From the human T2T-CHM13v2.0 reference genome, Homo sapiens: a stretch of 64,000 bases of DNA. The position numbers and the translations under genes are program-made. The DNA lies in assembly GCF_009914755.1 (NCBI RefSeq), contig NC_060947.1, one strand, 5' to 3'. How positions within the stretch are numbered: the first letter of the stretch is position 1; every line of letters starts with the position of its first letter. The notes under the pieces were generated by a model. That model had not been told where the DNA came from, did no database searches, and saw only the letters and a list, made by a program, of their open reading frames with translations. Below are positions 52,301 through 64,000 of the stretch, piece after piece.

Positions 52301-55300
52301 AAACATCACAAAGCGGTTTCTGAGAATGCTTCAGTTTAGTTTTTCTGTGGAAATATTCCCGTTTCCAAAGAAATCTTCAAAGAGGTCCACGTATCCACTT
52401 ACAGATTCTACAAAAAGACAGTTTCAAAACTGCTCCATCAAAAGGAGGGTTCAACTGTGTGACTTGAATGCAATCATCACTCAGAAGTTTCTGAGAATGC
52501 TTCTCTTTAGTTTTTACGTGAACATATACCCGTTTCGAACGAAGGCCACCCAGTGGTCCAAATATCCACTTGCAGATTCTACAGAAAGAGTGTTTCGAAC
52601 CTGAACTCTCAAAGGCAGGTTCATCTCTGCGAGTTAAATGCATTCATCATGAAGAACTTTCTCAGAGTGTTTGTGTTTAGTTATGGGAAATTATTCCCGT
52701 TTCCAACGAAATCCTCAGAGAGCTCCAAATATCCACCTGCAGATTCTACCAAAAGTGTATTTGGAAACTGCTCCATCAAAAGGCATGTTCAGCTCTGTGA
52801 GTGAAACTCCATCATCACAAAGAATATTCTGAGAATGCTTCCGTTTGCCTTTTATATGAAGTTCCTTCCTATACGACCGTAGGCCTCAAAGCAGTCCAAA
52901 TCTCCATTTGCAGATTCTACAAAAAGAGTGATTCCAATCTGCTCTATCAATAGGATTGTTCAACTCCATGAGTTGAATGCCATCCTCACAAAGTCGTTTC
53001 TAAGAATGCTTCTATCTAGTTTTTATGTGAAGATATTTCCTTTTCCACCACAGGCCTCAAAGCCCTCCAAACGGCCACTTGCAGATTCTCGAAAAAGAGT
53101 GTTTCATAGCTGCTCTTTCAAAAGGAAAGTTCAACTCTGGGAGTTGAATACAAACATCACAAAGTAGTTTCCGAGAATGCTTCTGTTTAGTTTTTATGTG
53201 AAGATGATCCCGTTTCCAGTGAAATCTTCAAAGAGGTCCACATATCCCCTTGCAGATTCCAAAGAAAGAGGGTTTCAAAACTGCTCCATCAGAAGGATTG
53301 TTCAACTCTGTGAGTTGAATGCAGTCATCGCAGAAAACTTTCTGAGAATGCTTCTGTCTAGGTTTGATGTGAAGATATAGACGTTTCAAACGAAGGCTAC
53401 AAAGTGGTCAAAATATACACTTGCAGATTCTACTACAAGGGTGTTGCAAACCTGAACTATCAAAGGAAGGTTCAACTCCGTCAGTTGAATACAAACATCA
53501 CAAAGAATGTTCTGAGTTTGCTTCCGTTCAGTTATGGGAAGTTGATCCCGTTTCCAACGAAATCCTCAGAGAGGTCCAAATATCCCCTTGCAGATTCTAC
53601 AAAACGTGTGTTTGGAAACTGCTCCATCATAACGAATGTTCAGCTCCCTGAGTTAAACTCCATCGTCACAAAGAATTTTCTGAGAGTGCTACCATCTGGT
53701 TTTTATATGAAGTTCTTTCCTTCACTACCACAGGCCTCAAAGCGGTCCAAATCTCCACTTGCAGATTCTACAAAAAGAGTGTTTGCAAACTGCTCTATCA
53801 AAAGGAATGTTCAACTCTGGGAGTTGAATGCAATCATCACAGAGCAGTTTCTGAGAATGCTTCTATGTCGTTTTTAGGAGAAGATATTTCCTTTTCCAAC
53901 ACAGTCCTCCAAGCCCGCTAAATAGCCACTTGCACATTGTAGAAAAAGTGTGTCAAAGCTACGCTATCAAAGGGAAAGTTCAACTCTGTGAGGTGAATGC
54001 AAACATCCCAAAGAAGTTTCTGAGAATGCTTCCGTTTAGCTTTTAGGTGAAGATTATCCCGTTTCCAACGAAACCTTCAAAGAGGTCCAAATATCCCCTT
54101 GCGGATCCCACAGAAAGAGTGTTTCGAAACTGCTGTTTCAAAAGGAATCTTCAACTCTGTGAGTTGAATGCAATCATCACAAAGAAGTTTCTGACAATGC
54201 TTCTCTCTCGTCTTTCTGTGAAGATAAAGGAAAAGGCTTTCAGGCCTTTTCCACCACAGGCCTGAAAGCGCTCCAAATGTCCACTTGCAGATTCTGCCAA
54301 AAGAATATTTCAAAACTGCTCTATGAAAAGCAATGTTAAACTCTGTGGCTCGAACACAAACATCACAAAGCAGTTTCTGAGAATGCTTCAGTTTAGTTTT
54401 TCTGTGGAAATATTCCCGTTTCCAAAGAAATCTTCAAAGAGGTCCACGTATCCACTTACAGATTCTACAAAAAGACAGTTTCAAAACTGCTCCATCAAAA
54501 GGAGGGTTCAACTGTGTGACTTGAATGCAATCATCACTCAGAAGTTTCTGAGAATGCTTCTCTTTAGTTTTTACGTGAACATATACCCGTTTCGAACGAA
54601 GGCCAGCCAGTGGTCCAAATATCCACTTGCAGATTCTACAGAAAGAGTGTTTCGAACCTGAACTCTCAAAGGCAGGTTCATCTCTGCGAGTTAAATGCAT
54701 TCATCATGAAGAACTTTCTCAGAGTGTTTGTGTTTAGTTATGGGAAATTATTCCCGTTTCCAACGAAATCCTCAGAGAGCTCCAAATATCCACCTGCAGA
54801 TTCTACCAAAAGTGTATTTGGAAACTGCTCCATCAAAAGGCATGTTCAGCTCTGTGAGTGAAACTCCATCATCACAAAGAATATTCTGAGAATGCTTCCG
54901 TTTGCCTTTTATATGAAGTTCCTTCCTATACGACCGTAGGCCTCAAAGCAGTCCAAATCTCCATTTGCAGATTCTACAAAAAGAGTGATTCCAATCTGCT
55001 CTATCAATAGGATTGTTCAACTCCATGAGTTGAATGCCATCCTCACAAAGTCGTTTCTGAGAATGCTTCTATCTAGTTTTTATGTGAAGATATTTCCTTT
55101 TCCACCACAGGCCTCAAAGCCCTCCAAACGTCCACTTGCAGATTCTCGAAAAAGAGTGTTTCATAGCTGCTCTTTCAAAAGGAAAGTTCAACTCTGGGAG
55201 TTGAATACAAACATCACAAAGTAGTTTCCGAGAATGCTTCTGTTTAGTTTTTATGTGAAGATGATCCCGTTTCCAGTGAAATCTTCAAAGAGGTCCACAT

Positions 55301-58300
55301 ATCCCCTTGCAGATTCCAAAGAAAGAGGGTTTCAAAACTGCTCCATCAGAAGGATTGTTCAACTCTGTGAGTTGAATGCAGTCATCGCAGAAAACTTTCT
55401 GAGAATGCTTCTGTCTAGGTTTGATGTGAAGATATAGACGTTTCAAACGAAGGCTACAAAGTGGTCAAAATATACACTTGCAGATTCTACTACAAGGGTG
55501 TTGCAAACCTGAACTATCAAAGGAAGGTTCAACTCCGTCAGTTGAATACAAACATCACAAAGAATGTTCTGAGTTTGCTTCCGTTCAGTTATGGGAAGTT
55601 GATCCCGTTTCCAACGAAATCCTCAGAGAGGTCCAAATATCCCCTTGCAGATTCTACAAAACGTGTGTTTGGAAACTGCTCCATCATAACGAATGTTCAG
55701 CTCCCTGAGTTAAACTCCATCGTCACAAAGAATTTTCTGAGAGTGCTACCGTGTGGTTTTTATATGAAGCTCTTTCCTTCACTACCACAGGCCTCAAAGC
55801 GGTCCAAATCTCCACTTCCAGATTCTACAAAAAGAGTGTTTGCAAACTGCTCTATCAAAAGGAATGTTCAACTCTGGGAGTTGAATGCAATCATCACAGA
55901 GCAGTTTCTGAGAATGCTTCTATGTCGTTTTTAGGAGAAGATATTTCCTTTTCCAACACAGTCCTCCAAGCCCGCTAAATAGCCACTTGCACATTGTAGA
56001 AAACGTGTGTCAAAGCTGCGCTATCAAAGGGAAAGTTCAACTCTGTGAGGTGAATGCAAACATCCCAAAGAAGTTTCTGAGAATGCTTCCGTTTAGCTTT
56101 TAGGTGAAGATTATCCCGTTTCCAACGAAACCTTCAAAGAGGTCCAAATATCCCCTTGCGGATCCCACAGAAAGAGTGTTTCGAAACTGCTGTTTCAAAA
56201 GGAATCTTCAACTCTGTGAGTTGAATGCAATCATCACAAAGAAGTTTCTGACAATGCTTCTCTCTCGTCTTTCTGTGAAGATAAAGGAAAAGGCTTTCAG
56301 GCCTTTTCCACCACAGGCCTGAAAGCGCTCCAAATGTCCACTTGCAGATTCTGCCAAAAGAATATTTCAAAACTGCTCTATGAAAAGCAATGTTAAACTC
56401 TGTGGCTCGAACACAAACATCACAAAGCGGTTTCTGAGAATGCTTCAGTTTAGTTTTTCTGTGGAAATATTCCCGTTTCCAAAGAAATCTTCAAAGAGGT
56501 CCACGTATCCACTTACAGATTCTACAAAAAGACAGTTTCAAAACTGCTCCATCAAAAGGAGGGTTCTACTGTGTGACTTGAATGCAATCATCACTCACAA
56601 GTTTCTGAGAATGCTTCTCTTTAGTTTTTACGTGAACATATACCCGTTTCGAACGAAGGCCACCCAGTGGTCCAAATATCCACTTGCAGATTCTACAGAA
56701 AGAGTGTTTCGAACCTGAACTCTCAAAGGCAGGTTCATCTCTGCGAGTTAAATGCATTCATCATGAAGAACTTTCTCAGAGTGTTTGTGTTTAGTTATGG
56801 GAAATTATTCCCGTTTCCAACGAAATTCTCAGAGAGCTCCAAATATCCACCTGCAGATTCTACCAAAAGTGTATTTGGAAACTGCTCCATCAAAAGGCAT
56901 GTTCAGCTCTGTGAGTGAAACTCCATCATCACAAAGAATATTCTGAGAATGCTTCCGTTTGCCTTTTATATGAAGTTCCTTCCTATACGACCGTAGGCCT
57001 CAAAGCAGTCCAAATCTCCATTTGCAGATTCTACAAAAAGAGTGATTCCAATCTGCTCTATCAATAGGATTGTTCAACTCCATGAGTTGAATGCCATCCT
57101 CACAAAGTCGTTTCTGAGAATGCTTCTATCTAGTTTTTATGTGAAGATATTTCCTTTTCCACCACAGGCCTCAAAGCCCTCCAAACGTCCACTTGCAGAT
57201 TCTCGAAAAAGAGTGTTTCATAGCTGCTCTTTCAAAAGGAAAGTTCAACTCTGGGAGTTGAATACAAACATCACAAAGTAGTTTCCGAGAATGCTTCTGT
57301 TTAGTTTTTATGTGAAGATGATCCCGTTTCCAGTGAAATCTTCAAAGAGGTCCACATATCCCCTTGCAGATTCCAAAGAAAGAGGGTTTCAAAACTGCTC
57401 CATCAGAAGGATTGTTCAACTCTGTGAGTTGAATGCAGTCATCGCAGAAAACTTTCTGAGAATGCTTCTGTCTAGGTTTGATGTGAAGATATAGACGTTT
57501 CAAACGAAGGCTACAAAGTGGTCAAAATATACACTTGCAGATTCTACTACAAGGGTGTTGCAAACCTGAACTATCAAAGGAAGGTTCAACTCTGTGAGTT
57601 GAATACAAACATCACAAAGAATGTTCTGAGTTTGCTTCCGTTCAGTTATGGGAAGTTGATCCCGTTTCCAACGAAATCCTCAGAGAGGTCCAAATATCCC
57701 CTTGCAGATTCTACAAAACGTGTGTTTGGAAACTGCTCCATCATAACGAATGTTCAGCTCCCTGAGTTAAACTCCATCGTCACAAAGAATTTTCTGAGAG
57801 TGCTACCGTCTGGTTTTTATATGAAGTTCTTTCCTTCACTACCACAGACCTCAAAGCGGTCCAAATCTCCACTTGCAGATTCTACAAAAAGAGTGTTTGC
57901 AAACTGCTCTATCAAAAGGAATGTTCAACTCTGGGAGTTGAATGCAATCATCACAGAGCAGTTTCTGAGAATGCTTCTATGTCGTTTTTAGGAGAAGATA
58001 TTTCCTTTTCCAACACAGTCCTCCAAGCCCGCTAAATAGCCACTTGCACATTGTAGAAAAAGTGTGTCAAAGCTGCGCTATCAAAGGGAAAGTTCAACTC
58101 TGTGAGGTGAATGCAAACATCCCAAAGAAGTTTCTGAGAATGCTTCCGTTTAGCTTTTAGGTGAAGATTATCCCGTTTCCAACGAAACCTTCAAAGAGGT
58201 CCAAATATCCCCTTGCGGATCCCACAGAAAGAGTGTTTCGAAACTGCTGTTTCAAAAGGAATCTTCAACTCTGTGAGTTGAATGCAATCATCCCAAAGAA

Positions 58301-59716
58301 GTTTCTGACAATGCTTCTCTCTCGTCTTTCTGTGAAGATAAAGGAAAAGGCTTTCAGGCCTTTTCCACCACAGGCCTGAAAGCGCTCCAAATGTCCACTT
58401 GCAGATTCTGCCAAAAGAATATTTCAAAACTGCTCTATGAAAAGCAATGTTAAACTCTGTGGCTCGAACACAAACATCACAAAGCAGTTTCTGAGAATGC
58501 TTCAGTTTAGTTTTTCTGTGGAAATATTCCCGTTTCCAAAGAAATCTTCAAAGAGGTCCACGTATCCACTTACAGATTCTACAAAAAGACAGTTTCAAAA
58601 CTGCTCCATCAAAAGGAGGGTTCAACTGTGTGACTTGAATGCAATCATCACTCAGAAGTTTCTGAGAATGCTTCTCTTTAGTTTTTACGTGAACATATAC
58701 CCGTTTCGAACGAAGGCCAGCCAGTGGTCCAAATATCCACTTGCAGATTCTACAGAAAGAGTGTTTCGAACCTGAACTCTCAAAGGCAGGTTCATCTCTG
58801 CGAGTTAAATGCATTCATCATGAAGAACTTTCTCAGAGTGTTTGTGTTTAGTTATGGGAAATTATTCCCGTTTCCAACGAAATCCTCAGAGAGCTCCAAA
58901 TATCCACCTGCAGATTCTACCAAAAGTGTATTTGGAAACTGCTCCATCAAAAGGCATGTTCAGCTCTGTGAGTGAAACTCCATCATCACAAAGAATATTC
59001 TGAGAATGCTTCCGTTTGCCTTTTATATGCAGTTCCTTCCTATACGACCGTAGGCCTCAAAGCAGTCCAAATCTCCATTTGCAGATTCTACAAAAAGAGT
59101 GATTCCAATCTGCTCTATCAATAGGATTGTTCAACTCCATGAGTTGAATGCCATCCTCACAAAGTCGTTTCTAAGAATGCTTCTATCTAGTTTTTATGTG
59201 AAGATATTTCCTTTTCCACCACAGGCCTCAAAGCCCTCCAAACGTCCACTTGCAGATTCTCGAAAAAGAGTGTTTCATAGCTGCTCTTTCAAAAGGAAAG
59301 TTCAACTCTGGGAGTTGAATACAAACATCACAAAGTAGTTTCCGAGAATGCTTCTGTTTAGTTTTTATGTGAAGATGATCCCGTTTCCAGTGAAATCTTC
59401 AAAGAGGTCCACATATCCCCTTGCAGATTCCAAAGAAAGAGGGTTTCAAAACTGCTCCATCAGAAGGATTGTTCAACTCTGTGAGTTGAATGCAGTCATC
59501 GCAGAAAACTTTCTGAGAATGCTTCTGTCTAGGTTTGATGTGAAGATATAGACGTTTCAAACGAAGGCTACAAAGTGGTCAAAATATACACTTGCAGATT
59601 CTACTACAAGGGTGTTGCAAACCTGAACTATCAAAGGAAGGTTCAACTCTGTGAGTTGAATACAAACATCACAAAGAATGTTCTGAGTTTGCTTCCGTTC
59701 AGTTATGGGAAGTTGA

Positions 59717-59733
59717 TCCCGTTTCCAACCAAA
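59717..59733 (-). promoter_or_regulatory. Mutated CENP-B box in U30 (G>C at 59730)
   Basis: + strand TCCCGTTTCCAACCAAA; minus-strand TTCG becomes TTGG. Confidence 0.88.
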
Positions 59734-62700
59734 TCCTCAGAGAGGTCCAAATATCCCCTTGCAGATTCTACAAAACGTGTGTTTGGAAACTGCTCCATCA
59801 TAACGAATGTTCAGCTCCCTGAGTTAAACTCCATCGTCACAAAGAATTTTCTGAGAGTGCTACCGTCTGGTTTTTATATGAAGCTCTTTCCTTCACTACC
59901 ATAGGCCTCAAAGCGGTCCAAATCTCCACTTCCAGATTCTACAAAAAGAGTGTTTGCAAACTGCTCTATCAAAAGGAATGTTCAACTCTGGGAGTTGAAT
60001 GTAATCATCACAGAGCAGTTTCTGAGAATGCTTCTATGTCGTTTTTAGGAGAAGATATTTCCTTTTCCAACACAGTCCTCCAAGCCCGCTAAATAGCCAC
60101 TTGCACATTGTAGAAAACGTGTGTCAAAGCTGCGCTATCAAAGGGAAAGTTCAACTCTGTGAGGTGAATGCAAACATCCCAAAGAAGTTTCTGAGAATGC
60201 TTCCGTTTAGCTTTTAGGTGAAGATTATCCCGTTTCCAACGAAACCTTCAAAGAGGTCCAAATATCCCCTTGCGGATCCCACAGAAAGAGTGTTTCGAAA
60301 CTGCTGTTTCAAAAGGAATCTTCAACTCTGTGAGTTGAATGCAATCATCACAAAGAAGTTTCTGACAATGCTTCTCTCTCGTCTTTCTGTGAAGATAAAG
60401 GAAAAGGCTTTCAGGCCTTTTCCACCACAGGCCTGAAAGCGCTCCAAATGTCCACTTGCAGATTCTGCCAAAAGAATATTTCAAAACTGCTCTATGAAAA
60501 GCAATGTTAAACTCTGTGGCTCGAACACAAACATCACAAAGCGGTTTCTGAGAATGCTTCAGTTTAGTTTTTCTGTGGAAATATTCCCGTTTCCAAAGAA
60601 ATCTTCAAAGAGGTCCACGTATCCACTTACAGATTCTACAAAAAGACAGTTTCAAAACTGCTCCATCAAAAGGAGGGTTCAACTGTGTGACTTGAATGCA
60701 ATCATCACTCACAAGTTTCTGAGAATGCTTCTCTTTAGTTTTTACGTGAACATATACCCGTTTCGAACGAAGGCCACCCAGTGGTCCAAATATCCACTTG
60801 CAGATTCTACAGAAAGAGTGTTTCGAACCTGAACTCTCAAAGGCAGGTTCATCTCTGCGAGTTAAATGCATTCATCATGAAGAACTTTCTCAGAGTGTTT
60901 GTGTTTAGTTATGGGAAATTATTCCCGTTTCCAACGAAATCCTCAGAGAGCTCCAAATATCCACCTGCAGATTCTACCAAAAGTGTATTTGGAAACTGCT
61001 CCATCAAAAGGCATGTTCAGCTCTGTGAGTGAAACTCCATCATCACAAAGAATATTCTGAGAATGCTTCCGTTTGCCTTTTATATGAACTTCCTTCCTAT
61101 ACGACCGTAGGCCTCAAAGCAGTCCAAATCTCCATTTGCAGATTCTACAAAAAGAGTGATTCCAATCTGCTCTATCAATAGGATTGTTCAACTCCATGAG
61201 TTGAATGCCATCCTCACAAAGTCGTTTCTGAGAATGCTTCTATCTAGTTTTTATGTGAAGATATTTCCTTTTCCACCACAGGCCTCAAAGCCCTCCAAAC
61301 GTCCACTTGCAGATTCTCGAAAAAGAGTGTTTCATAGCTGCTCTTTCAAAAGGAAAGTTCAACTCTGGGAGTTGAATACAAACATCACAAAGTAGTTTCC
61401 GAGAATGCTTCTGTTTAGTTTTTATGTGAAGATGATCCCGTTTCCAGTGAAATCTTCAAAGAGGTCCACATATCCCCTTGCAGATTCCAAAGAAAGAGGG
61501 TTTCAAAACTGCTCCATCAGAAGGATTGTTCAACTCTGTGAGTTGAATGCAGTCATCGCAGAAAACTTTCTGAGAATGCTTCTGTCTAGGTTTGATGTGA
61601 AGATATAGACGTTTCAAACGAAGGCTACAAAGTGGTCAAAATATACACTTGCAGATTCTACTACAAGGGTGTTGCAAACCTGAACTATCAAAGGAAGGTT
61701 CAACTCTGTGAGTTGAATACAAACATCACAAAGAATGTTCTGAGTTTGCTTCCGTTCAGTTATGGGAAGTTGATCCCGTTTCCAACGAAATCCTCAGAGA
61801 GGTCCAAATATCCCCTTGCAGATTCTACAAAACGTGTGTTTGGAAACTGCTCCATCATAACGAATGTTCAGCTCCCTGAGTTAAACTCCATCGTCACAAA
61901 GAATTTTCTGAGAGTGCTACCGTCTGGTTTTTATATGAAGCTCTTTCCTTCACTACCACAGGCCTCAAAGCGGTCCAAATCTCCGCTTGCAGATTCTACA
62001 AAAAGAGTGTTTGCAAACTGCTCTATCAAAAGGAATGTTCAACTCTGGGAGTTGAATGCAATCATCACAGAGCAGTTTCTGAGAATGCTTCTATGTCGTT
62101 TTTAGGAGAAGATATTTCCTTTTCCAACACAGTCCTCCAAGCCCGCTAAATAGCCACTTGCACATTGTAGAAAAAGTGTGTCAAAGCTGCGCTATCAAAG
62201 GGAAAGTTCAACTCTGTGAGGTGAATGCAAACATCCCAAAGAAGTTTCTGAGAATGCTTCCGTTTAGCTTTTAGGTGAAGATTATCCCGTTTCCAACGAA
62301 ACCTTCAAAGAGGTCCAAATATCCCCTTGCGGATCCCACAGAAAGAGTGTTTCGAAACTGCTGTTTCAAAAGGAATCTTCAACTCTGTGAGTTGAATGCA
62401 ATCATCACAAAGAAGTTTCTGACAATGCTTCTCTCTCGTCTTTCTGTGAAGATAAAGGAAAAGGCTTTCAGGCCTTTTCCACCACAGGCCTGAAAGCGCT
62501 CCAAATGTCCACTTGCAGATTCTGCCAAAAGAATATTTCAAAACTGCTCTATGAAAAGCAATGTTAAACTCTGTGGCTCGAACACAAACATCACAAAGCA
62601 GTTTCTGAGAATGCTTCAGTTTAGTTTTTCTGTGGAAATATTCCCGTTTCCAAAGAAATCTTCAAAGAGGTCCACGTATCCACTTACAGATTCTACAAAA

Positions 62701-64000
62701 AGACAGTTTCAAAACTGCTCCATCAAAAGGAGGGTTCAACTGTGTGACTTGAATGCAATCATCACTCAGAAGTTTCTGAGAATGCTTCTCTTTAGTTTTT
62801 ACGTGAACATATACCCGTTTCGAACGAAGGCCAGCCAGTGGTCCAAATATCCACTTGCAGATTCTACAGAAAGAGTGTTTCGAACATGAACTCTCAAAGG
62901 CAGGTTCATCTCTGCGAGTTAAATGCATTCATCATGAAGAACTTTCTCAGAGTGTTTGTGTTTAGTTATGGGAAATTATTCCCGTTTCCAACGAAATCCT
63001 CAGAGAGGTCCAAATATCCACCTGCAGATTCTACCAAAAGTGTATTTGGAAACTGCTCCATCAAAAGGCATGTTCAGCTCTGTGAGTGAAACTCCATCAT
63101 CACAAAGAATATTCTGAGAATGCTTCCGTTTGCCTTTTATATGAAGTTCCTTCGTATACGACCGTAGGCCTCAAAGCAGTCCAAATCTCCATTTGCAGAT
63201 TCTACAAAAAGAGTGATTCCAATCTGCTCTATCAATAGGATTGTTCAACTCCATGAGTTGAATGCCATCCTCACAAAGTAGTTTCTGAGAATGCTTCTAT
63301 CTAGTTTTTATGTGAAGATATTTCCTTTTCCACCACAGGCCTCAAAGCCCTCCAAACGTCCACTTGCAGATTCTCGAAAAAGAGTGTTTCATAGCTGCTC
63401 TTTCAAAAGGAAAGTTCAACTCTGGGAGTTGAATACAAACATCACAAAGTAGTTTCCGAGAATGCTTCTGTTTAGTTTTTATGTGAAGATGATCCCGTTT
63501 CCAGTGAAATCTTCAAAGAGGTCCACATATCCCCTTGCAGATTCCAAAGAAAGAGGGTTTCAAAACTGCTCCATCAGAAGGATTGTTCAACTCTGTGAGT
63601 TGAATGCAGTCATCGCAGAAAACTTTCTGAGAATGCTTCTGTCTAGGTTTGATGTGAAGATATAGACGTTTCAAACGAAGGCTACAAAGTGGTCAAAATA
63701 TACACTTGCAGATTCTACTACAAGGGTGTTGCAAACCTGAACTATCAAAGGAAGGTTCAACACTGTGAGTTGAATACAAACATCACAAAAAATGTTCTGA
63801 GTTTGCTTCCGTTCAGTTATGGGAAGTTGATCCCGTTTCCAACGAAATCCTCAGAGAGGTCCAAATATCCCCTTGCAGATTCTACAAAACGTGTGTTTGG
63901 AAACTGCTCCATCATAACGAATGTTCAGCTCCCTGAGTTAAACTCCATCGTCACAAAGAATTTTCTGAGAGTGCTACCGTCTGGTTTTTATATGAAGCTC

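Larger units (their letters stand above)
1..64000 (-). repeat. DXZ1: Alpha-satellite higher-order repeat array, 12-mer 2057-bp HOR, ~31.1 tandem copies; most likely human X centromere DXZ1
   Basis: Alphoid motifs (TTCTGAGAATGCTTC, CACTTGCAGATTCTAC, GTTCAACTCTGTGAGTTGAA) recur every ~171 bp. The ORF track repeats at 2057-bp steps (1993, 4050, 6107, 8164...), except steps of 2053 (three times) and 2056 (twice). There is one GGATCC per unit. A 2057-bp BamHI 12-mer is the established DXZ1 unit. Strand is assigned by CENP-B box orientation. Confidence 0.97.

Noticed and set aside
566-53694. CpG transitions (566, 4171, 26111, 30456, 51607, 53694) as a methylation-domain signal
   Set aside because: They are too few and are mixed with many transversions. 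Methylation state and kinetochore position cannot be inferred from this sequence.
17-63665. Over 200 ORFs of 63-157 aa on both strands
   Set aside because: They recur with the HOR period and contain monomer-periodic pseudo-motifs (FLRMLL, PLADST, VQLCEL) because 171 is divisible by 3. They are freely broken by stops and frameshifts (TCG>TAG, CAG>TAG, 4-bp and 1-bp deletions) and resemble no protein family I recognise.
1-64000. CRISPR-like repeat-spacer array
   Set aside because: There are no unique spacers; all intervening sequence is itself repeated, and no cas-like ORFs exist.
1-64000. Transposon insertion, inversion or monomer-deleted HOR variants
   Set aside because: Every period is 2057, 2056 or 2053 bp and the orientation is constant, leaving no room for an insertion or monomer loss.
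1-64000. A previously undescribed gene-based biological system
   Set aside because: No non-alphoid sequence is present; everything is accounted for by a known centromeric satellite and its variants.

Overview
The whole 64-kb window is one uninterrupted, single-orientation primate alpha-satellite array. It consists of ~171-bp monomers organised as a 12-monomer, 2057-bp higher-order repeat (HOR), with 31 complete copies plus 247 bp of a 32nd. The 2057-bp period, the single BamHI site per unit and the BBBAA/BA/BBBAA monomer order match the human X-chromosome centromeric array DXZ1 (suprachromosomal family 3); this identification is from recall, not a database search. CENP-B boxes lie on the minus strand, 4 intact and 3 degenerate per HOR. 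I see no genes, mobile elements, inversions or monomer-number variants, and all listed ORFs are artefacts of the repeat. I found no evidence of a new gene system. The notable structure is (i) a fixed 15-bp net insertion that appears templated from adjacent sequence and creates two mutually exclusive hairpins in every HOR, and (ii) shared SNVs/indels that reveal nested multi-HOR duplications (offsets of 8, 10, 3, 2 and 1 HORs) and mosaic HOR haplotypes. Unit numbering (start positions): U1 1, U2 2058, U3 4115, U4 6172, U5 8229, U6 10286, U7 12343, U8 14396, U9 16453, U10 18510, U11 20567, U12 22624, U13 24681, U14 26738, U15 28795, U16 30852, U17 32909, U18 34962, U19 37019, U20 39076, U21 41129, U22 43186, U23 45243, U24 47299, U25 49355, U26 51412, U27 53469, U28 55526, U29 57583, U30 59640, U31 61697, U32 63754 (partial). 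Variants were read by eye, so some may have been missed.
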